NCBI GenBank assembly: GCA_963790205.1
Contig: CAWBNQ010000010.1
Location: 93,948 to 157,947 of the forward strand
DNA length: 64,000 nucleotides
Reading direction: 5' to 3'
Origin: Nitrospirota bacterium
Lineage (GTDB): Bacteria; Nitrospirota; UBA9217
Shown here: positions 57,523-64,000 of the stretch, in pieces
How positions within the stretch are numbered: the stretch's first letter is position 1
Layout: the number at the start of each line of letters is the position of its first letter
Notes under the pieces: model-generated
What the model saw: the letters and a program-made list of their open reading frames with translations, nothing else
What the model was told of the DNA's origin: nothing
The model's database searches: none
Position numbers and translations under genes: made by a program

Positions 57523-58032
57523 CTATCCAAGCTCCTCTACGGACCTGCCCCGAAGCGCTGCCACCTGTTCGGCGCTCCTCAATCTGGTCAATCCATCAAT
57601 CGTAGCGCTTACGACGTTGTGCGGGTTGCTGGAGCCGAGGGACTTACAAAGCACGTTCCGCACGCCAACCACTTCCAGCACCGACCTGCTCGCGCCGCCC
57701 GCGATCAAACCGGTACCTTCCGAAGCCGGTTTGAGCAAGACCTTCCCGGCGCCATAGTGTCCGAGTATTGCGTGGGGGATCGTGTCTCCCTTCAGGGATA
57801 CGAGAACCATGTTCTTTTTTGCCCGCTCCACTGCCTTTTTGATGGCTACCGGCGCCTCGGCTGCCTTGCCCTTACCCACGCCGATCCTGCCTTTGCCGTC
57901 GCCGACGACCACGAGGGCGGTGAAGTTGAAGCGCTTACCGCCTTTGACCACCTTAGCCACCCGGTTCAGGTAGACCAGTTTATCTTTCAGGCCGTCGCCT
58001 TCTTCCGCATCTTTACGATATCGCTCTGCCAA
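57523..58032 (-). CDS. rpsE: 30S ribosomal protein S5
   Basis: [23 protein letters not shown]. Confidence 0.98.
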   Translation of the reverse strand: MAERYRKDAEEGDGLKDKLVYLNRVAKVVKGGKRFNFTALVVVGDGKGRIGVGKGKAAEAPVAIKKAVERAKKNMVLVSLKGDTIPHAILGHYGAGKVLLKPASEGTGLIAGGASRSVLEVVGVRNVLCKSLGSSNPHNVVSATIDGLTRLRSAEQVAALRGRSVEELG

Positions 58033-58058
58033 TGCCGCCTCCGAATAACTACCCCTTA

Positions 58059-58427
58059 CTAAAAATTCAGACCTTTTTCACGCGCCGCATCCGCAAGCGC
58101 CTTTACGCATCCATGATACTGGTAACCGCCGCGGTCAAACACGACGTCCTTGATATTTTTGCCCAACGCCCGTTCTGCAATGCTAGCGCCAACTTTCTTG
58201 GCCGCTTCAACATTCCCGCAGTGCTTCAATCCGGTGGCGACTGTCTTCTCGGCCGAGCATGCTGCAATAATGGTCCTGCCGCTCGTATCGTCTATGAGTT
58301 GAGCATAGATATGACTAAGGCTTTTATAGACACTCAGCCTCGGCTTCGCTGCAGTCCCGATCACCTTCTTGCGTATTCTTGCATGCCTTCTTTGTTTGGC
58401 CTTAAGCTTGCTTTGTGCCACGTTCAC
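58059..58427 (-). CDS. rplR: 50S ribosomal protein L18
   Basis: [21 protein letters not shown]. Confidence 0.97.
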   Translation of the reverse strand: MNVAQSKLKAKQRRHARIRKKVIGTAAKPRLSVYKSLSHIYAQLIDDTSGRTIIAACSAEKTVATGLKHCGNVEAAKKVGASIAERALGKNIKDVVFDRGGYQYHGCVKALADAAREKGLNF

Positions 58428-58499
58428 TCTCCATTTTAAATCAGCTCTTCGCTCTTTGCCCTTGGTTATCAGCTATGAGTATGAGCCAGAATCTTGATG

Positions 58500-59048
58500 C
58501 TATTTGCCGCCCTTGCCGGCTTTACCTTCTTTGCGATGAATGACCTCGGTGCTGTACTTTATGCCCTTACCTTTATACGGCTCAGGCTTCTTCAGGCTTC
58601 TCAGGTTGGCCGCTATCTGGCCGACGAGTTGTTTGTCGATACCCTTAAGCGTTATCTGCGTCTGCTTGGCGTCAACCGTTGCCTTGATCCCCTTCGGCAG
58701 GGGATATACGATCGGATGCGAGAACCCGAGGCTGAGCATCAGGTTTGTCCCCTGAGCTGCGGCCTTGAAACCGACGCCGGTAATATCAAGGGTCTTTTCA
58801 TATCCCTTGCTGACGCCAGTCACCATATTGGCGATCAGATTTCTCGTCAACCCATGAAGCTCACGGTAGAGCTTTTGGTCAGACGGCCGTTCAACCACAA
58901 GCTTGTTATTATCTTTTTTAACGGTCAGCTTCGGATTCATGGACTGGCTGATCTCTCCCAGCGGACCTTTGACCGTAACTTTCCCGGTTTCGATTTTGGC
59001 CTCGACCCCGGACGGCATTTCTACAGGTTTTCTACCTACCCTTGACAT
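58500..59048 (-). CDS. rplF: 50S ribosomal protein L6
   Basis: MSRVG, PEPYKGKGI. Confidence 0.98.
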   Translation of the reverse strand: MSRVGRKPVEMPSGVEAKIETGKVTVKGPLGEISQSMNPKLTVKKDNNKLVVERPSDQKLYRELHGLTRNLIANMVTGVSKGYEKTLDITGVGFKAAAQGTNLMLSLGFSHPIVYPLPKGIKATVDAKQTQITLKGIDKQLVGQIAANLRSLKKPEPYKGKGIKYSTEVIHRKEGKAGKGGK

Positions 59049-59100
59049 GACAGCTCCTAAACTCTTTAAAGGACGATTTCGACGAACTCAAAGACTGAAA

Positions 59101-59496
59101 TTACCACACGTGGCAGAGCACTTCTCCGCCTACATTATCTTTCTTTGCCTGCTTACCGGTCTGGATCCCCTTCGGCGTAGACAGGATGGCCGTACCAAGC
59201 CCTGCCATGACCTTGGGGATGGCGTCGTTGCCTGCATACACCCTGCAACCCGGCCTGCTGATCCGCTTCAGGCCCTGGATAACCGGCATTTCCTCATCGG
59301 TATACTTGAGATATACCCGGATCACACCCTGCCTGCGGTCTTTTACCAGCTTCACGTTCTTGACGAATCCCTCGTCCTTGAGAATCTTCGCGATCTCAAC
59401 CTTCAACTTTGAGGAAGGGATGTCTACTTTTTCGTGCTTTGCCTTACTGGCATTGCGGATGCGCGTCAGCATATCCGCTATCGGATCGGTCATCAT
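59101..59496 (-). CDS. rpsH: 30S ribosomal protein S8
   Basis: [20 protein letters not shown]. Confidence 0.98.
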   Translation of the reverse strand: MMTDPIADMLTRIRNASKAKHEKVDIPSSKLKVEIAKILKDEGFVKNVKLVKDRRQGVIRVYLKYTDEEMPVIQGLKRISRPGCRVYAGNDAIPKVMAGLGTAILSTPKGIQTGKQAKKDNVGGEVLCHVW

Positions 59497-59515
59497 TGAT
59501 TCAAGCCCCTTTTGC

Positions 59516-59701
59516 CTACCAACTCGCTTTGATCACGCCCGGGATCTCTCCCTTGAGCGCCCTGTTCCTGAAACAAATCCTGCACATGTCGAATTTCCTG
59601 AGATACCCCCGGGACCGCCCGCAGAGCGGACAGCGGTGGTATCCGCGCACCTTAAACTTCGGCGCTCTCGATGCCTTCGCTATCAAGGACTTCTTTGCCA
59701 T
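59516..59701 (-). CDS. rpsN: 30S ribosomal protein S14 (zinc-binding type Z)
   Basis: [22 protein letters not shown]. Confidence 0.97.
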   Translation of the reverse strand: MAKKSLIAKASRAPKFKVRGYHRCPLCGRSRGYLRKFDMCRICFRNRALKGEIPGVIKASW

Positions 59702-59730
59702 TATTCCTCCGTAACGTCCGGCTGAGCGGA

Positions 59731-60453
59731 CTACTTCCTGTACGGCATCCCGAGATGACCGAGCAGCGCCCTGCCCTCTTCATCGGTCTTCGCCGTGGTA
59801 ACGATCACGATATCGAGCCCGTGGACCGAATCGACTTTATCGAACTCGATCTCCGGAAAGATAACCTGTTCCCTGATGCCGACCGTGTAATTACCCCGGC
59901 CGTCAAAAGACTTCGACGACACGCCTTTAAAATCTCTGATGCGCGGAAGCGCGGCGTTGATGAACCGGTCGAGAAATTCATACATTCGCTCGCGCCTGAG
60001 GGTAACCATGCAGCCTATCGCCATGCCTTCCCTGAGCTTGAAGGTTGCTATGGACTTCTTTGCCTTGGTAATGACCGGCCGCTGTCCCGTAATCTTACCC
60101 AGCTCATCCGCAGCAAAGTCGAGAGCTTTGGCGTTGCTGATGGCCTCACCCAGGCCCACATTAAGCACAATCTTGACCAATTTCGGCGCCTGCATGGGAT
60201 TCCTGTAGCTGAATTCCTTCATCATCGCCGGCACCACGACATCCTGATATTTCTGCCTGAGCCGCGGAGTCGGGATTTTCACCGGTGCTGCCTTCGGGGC
60301 CGGTGATTCCTTGGCGCCGCCGGCTGATTTAGCTTCTTTTTTCGCTTCCTTTGCAGGAGCCTTGGGCTTCGCAGCAGCCTTGGGCGCCTTGGGAGCTTCT
60401 TTTTTCTGTTCGCTGCTCTTGGTATCCTTCGTCTTATCTTTTTTATCTGCCAT
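59731..60453 (-). CDS. rplE: 50S ribosomal protein L5 with Lys/Ala/Pro-rich N-terminal extension
   Basis: [26 protein letters not shown]. Confidence 0.97.
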   Translation of the reverse strand: MADKKDKTKDTKSSEQKKEAPKAPKAAAKPKAPAKEAKKEAKSAGGAKESPAPKAAPVKIPTPRLRQKYQDVVVPAMMKEFSYRNPMQAPKLVKIVLNVGLGEAISNAKALDFAADELGKITGQRPVITKAKKSIATFKLREGMAIGCMVTLRRERMYEFLDRFINAALPRIRDFKGVSSKSFDGRGNYTVGIREQVIFPEIEFDKVDSVHGLDIVIVTTAKTDEEGRALLGHLGMPYRK

Positions 60454-60507
60454 AGTTCTCTATCCTATTTTACCAGTCTGGCCGTCTACAGTATCAAAAC
60501 AGCATGC

Positions 60508-60819
60508 TTAATCAATGACCTCGTTGCACTCTTTGCAAACTCTGACACGCGGTCCATCGCCTTGAGCCTTTCGGGAAACGGTCGTTGGCTTGTCGCACTT
60601 TGCGCAGACGAGCTTGACATTCGCTACCGAGATCGGGCTCTCTTTTTCAACGATACCGCCCTGCCGGAGCTGCTGGGTTGGCCGGGTGTGCCGTTTGATC
60701 ATATTCAGCTTCTCGATAAGAAGCCTCTTGGTGCTCGGATAGACAGCGATCACTCTGCCTTTTTTGCCCTTCTCCTTGCCGGAGACCACCATCACATTGT
60801 CGTTTTTTCTTATCTGCAT
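60508..60819 (-). CDS. rplX: 50S ribosomal protein L24
   Basis: D.VMVVSGKEKGKKG, GGIVEKESPI. Confidence 0.97.
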   Translation of the reverse strand: MQIRKNDNVMVVSGKEKGKKGRVIAVYPSTKRLLIEKLNMIKRHTRPTQQLRQGGIVEKESPISVANVKLVCAKCDKPTTVSRKAQGDGPRVRVCKECNEVID

Positions 60820-60865
60820 TTTTTCAATCCTGCTTTTTAAATAAACTGAAATTCCTGATCGCCTT

Positions 60866-61234
60866 CTACAGCACTTCAGGCGCGAGCGAGATGATCTTCA
60901 TAAAGTTCTTTTTACGCAGCTCGCGGGCCACTGGCCCGAAGATACGGGTCCCGATCGGTTCGTTTGCATTGTTGATCAACACCGCGGCGTTGCGGTCGAA
61001 TTTTATATACGACCCGTCCTGCCGGCGCACTTCCTTTGTCGTGCGGACGACCACGGCCTTGGCCACCGTACCTTTTTTTACCTGTCCCTCGGGAATGGCC
61101 ATCTTGATGGCAACGACGATCACATCACCGAGCGACGCATACCGCTTGCGCGTGCCGCCGAGCACCTTGATACACATCACCTTTTTCGCGCCGGAATTAT
61201 CGGCGACATCCAGTACCGTCTGCTGCTGAATCAT
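60866..61234 (-). CDS. rplN: 50S ribosomal protein L14
   Basis: [20 protein letters not shown]. Confidence 0.98.
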   Translation of the reverse strand: MIQQQTVLDVADNSGAKKVMCIKVLGGTRKRYASLGDVIVVAIKMAIPEGQVKKGTVAKAVVVRTTKEVRRQDGSYIKFDRNAAVLINNANEPIGTRIFGPVARELRKKNFMKIISLAPEVL

Positions 61235-61278
61235 ATCTCATCCTCAGAAAATCGTACTCAGTAGTATTGTTGTATCGT

Positions 61279-61548
61279 TTATTGGCTGGCTTTTTCGACG
61301 ATTTCGAGAACCTTCCAGCGCTTTTCCTTGGAAAGAGGCCTGGTTTCTATAAACCGCACCACATCGCCGACCTTGCACTCGTTCTTTTCGTCATGGGCCT
61401 TGAACTTAGTAGTGCGTTTGATGGTTTTGTTGTACTTCGCGTGTGCGATGCGCCTCGTGACCGCGAGCACCACGGTTTTATCCATCTTATCGCTGACGAC
61501 CTGCCCGATATAGGTTTTTCTTTTTTTAGACTCGTTAGACTCGGCCAT
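61279..61548 (-). CDS. rpsQ: 30S ribosomal protein S17
   Basis: [19 protein letters not shown]. Confidence 0.98.
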   Translation of the reverse strand: MAESNESKKRKTYIGQVVSDKMDKTVVLAVTRRIAHAKYNKTIKRTTKFKAHDEKNECKVGDVVRFIETRPLSKEKRWKVLEIVEKASQ

Positions 61549-61735
61549 ACTTTTCCTTTAAGACGGTTTTTGTTTTTGCGATATCCTTGCGCAGCAGCCT
61601 CAAGCGCATGGGGTTCTCTATCTGCCCCATGGCCTGCTGCACCCTCAGGTTAAATATTTCTTTTTTGAGATCAGCCGCCTTGGCTAGGAGCTCTTCACTC
61701 GACAGGTCGCGAAGGTCCTTTGCGCTCGTCTTCAT
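61535..61735 (-). CDS. rpmC: 50S ribosomal protein L29
   Basis: FNLRVQ..GQIENP..RKDIA. Confidence 0.96.
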   Translation of the reverse strand: MKTSAKDLRDLSSEELLAKAADLKKEIFNLRVQQAMGQIENPMRLRLLRKDIAKTKTVLKEKYGRV

Positions 61736-62148
61736 AATTCCGCCTCCCGGGCGACGAACTTCGTGGCAACCGGCAGCTTATATGCCGCCAGCCGGAAAGC
61801 CTCTTTGGCCACAGACTCGTCTACACCGCCCATCTCATACAGCACGCGTCCAGGCTTCACCACTGCTACCCAGTACTCCGGCGCTCCTTTGCCTTTACCC
61901 ATACGTGTTTCAGCGGGCTTCTTCGTGATCGGCTTATCCGGAAAGATTCGTATCCAGATTTTGCCTCCCCGCTTTACATACCGCGTCATGGCGATACGTG
62001 CCGCCTCTATTTGCCTGCTGGTAATCCAGCCCGGCTCCATGACCTTGAGCCCGTACTCACCGTAGCTTACTTCCGCGCCCCGGTAGGCCGTCCCCGTCCG
62101 CCTGCCCTTGTGCATTTTCCTATGTTTTACTCTTTTGGGTGCCAGCAT
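61732..62148 (-). CDS. rplP: 50S ribosomal protein L16
   Basis: [20 protein letters not shown]. Confidence 0.98.
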   Translation of the reverse strand: MLAPKRVKHRKMHKGRRTGTAYRGAEVSYGEYGLKVMEPGWITSRQIEAARIAMTRYVKRGGKIWIRIFPDKPITKKPAETRMGKGKGAPEYWVAVVKPGRVLYEMGGVDESVAKEAFRLAAYKLPVATKFVAREAEL

Positions 62149-62194
62149 GTTTACTTTCCTTTATCTCCGTGATGGTGGCTCAATAAAAAGCACG

Positions 62195-62842
62195 TTATGC
62201 GGCCGCAACAGGCGGCTTCTGGAGCACATCACCCCGGTAAATCAATACCTTAACGCCGATCTGGCCCATCGTGGTTTTGGCCTCGAAAAAGCCATACTGG
62301 ATGTCGGCCCGTAGGGTATGAAGAGGCACACGGCCCTCACGGTACCACTCGGTCCTGGCGATCTCAGCTCCCGCCAGTCTTCCAGCGCAGGTGATCTTGA
62401 TCCCCAGGGCGCCAAGCCGCAATGCGGAGGTCACCGCTTTCTTCATGGCCCGACGGAAGGCGATCCTGCGCTCGAGCTGAAGCGCGATATTTTCGGCCAC
62501 GAGTTGAGCGTCGAGCTCAGGCCTTCTGATCTCCTGGATATTGATGTACATCTGCTTGCCGGTCATGGTCTCAAGGTCTTTCTTCAGCTTATCGACTTCG
62601 GCGCCTTTTTTGCCGATGATAATTCCGGGCCGGGCCGTATGAATGTTTATTTTGGCCTTCTGTCCGGCGCGCTCAATCTCGATCTTGGAAACGCCCGCAT
62701 GCATGAGCCGCTCTTTTACGATCTTGCGGATCTTGATATCTTCGTGCAGAAGCGTTGCATAGTTCTTTTGAGAAAACCAGCGTGAATCCCACGTTCTTAT
62801 GACCCCGAGCCGAAACCCGACAGGATGTACCTTCTGTCCCAT
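62195..62842 (-). CDS. rpsC: 30S ribosomal protein S3
   Basis: [24 protein letters not shown]. Confidence 0.98.
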   Translation of the reverse strand: MGQKVHPVGFRLGVIRTWDSRWFSQKNYATLLHEDIKIRKIVKERLMHAGVSKIEIERAGQKAKINIHTARPGIIIGKKGAEVDKLKKDLETMTGKQMYINIQEIRRPELDAQLVAENIALQLERRIAFRRAMKKAVTSALRLGALGIKITCAGRLAGAEIARTEWYREGRVPLHTLRADIQYGFFEAKTTMGQIGVKVLIYRGDVLQKPPVAAA

Positions 62843-62861
62843 TATGCCTCCGTAATAATTA

Positions 62862-63191
62862 CTATGCTGAGAGGACCACGGTTATATGGCTGGTCCTCTT
62901 TCTGATCGTATTGCCACGCCCCATTGCCCGGGCCCTCATGCGCTTCATGGTGACTCCCTGGTTCACGTACGCCTTGGTTACCATCAACGAGTCCAGGTCT
63001 CCCACTTTTTTCTGCTCGGCATTTGCTACCGCTGAATCCAGGAGCTTTTTTACGATTCGGGCAGCATGGAGCGGCGTAAACGTAAGGATATTGAGGGCAT
63101 CTCCAACCATTTTACCCCGAATGAGGTCTATAACCTGCCGCGCCTTGCGCGGGGTAATACGTATATGTCTGACTGTCGCACTTGCTTCCAT
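62862..63191 (-). CDS. rplV: 50S ribosomal protein L22
   Basis: [20 protein letters not shown]. Confidence 0.98.
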   Translation of the reverse strand: MEASATVRHIRITPRKARQVIDLIRGKMVGDALNILTFTPLHAARIVKKLLDSAVANAEQKKVGDLDSLMVTKAYVNQGVTMKRMRARAMGRGNTIRKRTSHITVVLSA

Positions 63192-63241
63192 TTGATCATC
63201 CTCACTCTACATGCACGGCGTGCTTTGCGATCCACTTACAC

Positions 63242-63532
63242 TTACTTCGGCGCGCTCGCCTTTTCTGCGGCCTTTGATCCGCCATGGGCCTTGAATGTGC
63301 GGGTCGGAGAAAATTCCCCGAGCTTGTGACCCACCATGTTCTCGGTGATATACACGGGAATGAATTTCTTGCCGTTGTGCACCGCCATAGTGTGCCCTAC
63401 AAATTCAGGAGTAATCGTCGATCTTCGAGACCAGGTTTTCGTGATCTTTTTTTCCCCGGATGCGTTCATGGTCTCTATTTTTTTCATCAGGCTCTCTTCG
63501 ATGAAAGGGCCTTTTTTTACTGATCTCGGCAC
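63242..63532 (-). CDS. rpsS: 30S ribosomal protein S19
   Basis: [22 protein letters not shown]. Confidence 0.98.
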   Translation of the reverse strand: MPRSVKKGPFIEESLMKKIETMNASGEKKITKTWSRRSTITPEFVGHTMAVHNGKKFIPVYITENMVGHKLGEFSPTRTFKAHGGSKAAEKASAPK

Positions 63533-63606
63533 CGTACCCTCCGCTGCTCAATTTCGGATTTCGGATTTAGAAATCCGCATTCCGCAATCCACATTTTACA
63601 ATTCAG

Positions 63607-64000
63607 TTATCTGCTCTTGGTTCTTCTTGATATAATATATTTACTTGTTACCTTGTTATGTCTGGTCCTTTTCCCGTCGGGTAGACCCCAGGGCGAGCAC
63701 CCCGGCCTGCCGCCGGAGGACTTGCCTTCGCCGCCGCCAAGCGGATGGTCAACGGGGTTCATCACAACGCCGCGGACCCTCGGTCTCATGCCCATCCAAC
63801 GGGCCCTGCCGGCCTTGCCGATGCTGATATTTTCATGATCAAGGTTGCCCACCTGGCCTATGGTGGCCATGCAATCCGAGCGGACCATGCGTACTTCCCC
63901 GGAATTGAGACGCAACGTCGCATACTCACCTTCACGGGCCAGAAGCTGCACGGATGCCCCCGCGCTGCGCGCCAGTTGTCCGCCGGCGCCTTTTTTAAGC
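63607..64000 (-). CDS. rplB: 50S ribosomal protein L2 (3' part; 5' end outside window)
   Basis: [24 protein letters not shown]. Confidence 0.97.
   Translation of the reverse strand, partial: LKKGAGGQLARSAGASVQLLAREGEYATLRLNSGEVRMVRSDCMATIGQVGNLDHENISIGKAGRARWMGMRPRVRGVVMNPVDHPLGGGEGKSSGGRPGCSPWGLPDGKRTRHNKVTSKYIISRRTKSR

Overview
GC-rich bacterial chromosome segment, probably Nitrospirota or a Desulfobacterota-like lineage (inferred from gene content, not checked against a database). (1) 1-8.5 kb: operon of secreted DUF11 proteins ending in a ~2000-aa protein with an OmpA domain and a probable beta-barrel. The DUF11 fold is split between the N- and C-termini of the subunits and keeps a Lys/Asp/Asn isopeptide triad. 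This suggests a covalently linked donor-strand fimbria with its own outer-membrane platform and is the best novel-system candidate here. (2) 8.6-21.7 kb: intact IS4-family element with a 9-bp target duplication, a FlgO-like exported protein, a GyrB/ParE gene bracketed by ~140-bp inverted repeats, a frameshifted diguanylate cyclase, a beta-propeller lipoprotein plus 9-heme HAO-like cytochrome (both with SHOCT-like tails), and a KDDH-type RuBisCO-like protein. (3) 21.7-40.7 kb: accessory metal/envelope-stress region with two ECF sigma/anti-sigma/Spy modules, chromate transporters, MacAB-TolC-like efflux, two Tat-exported split-Soret-like cytochromes and two toxin-antitoxin pairs. It appears built by repeated insertions that left five copies of an ECF sigma 3' end and other gene-fragment scars, with no integrase in the window. 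(4) 40.7-51 kb: fused transketolase, GAPDH, and a two-kinase/PhnD-like/HD-GYP operon whose heme-c kinase has Tyr at the phospho-His position. (5) 51-64 kb: standard S10-spc-alpha ribosomal protein cluster (rplB to rplQ). No rRNA, tRNA or CRISPR array was seen.
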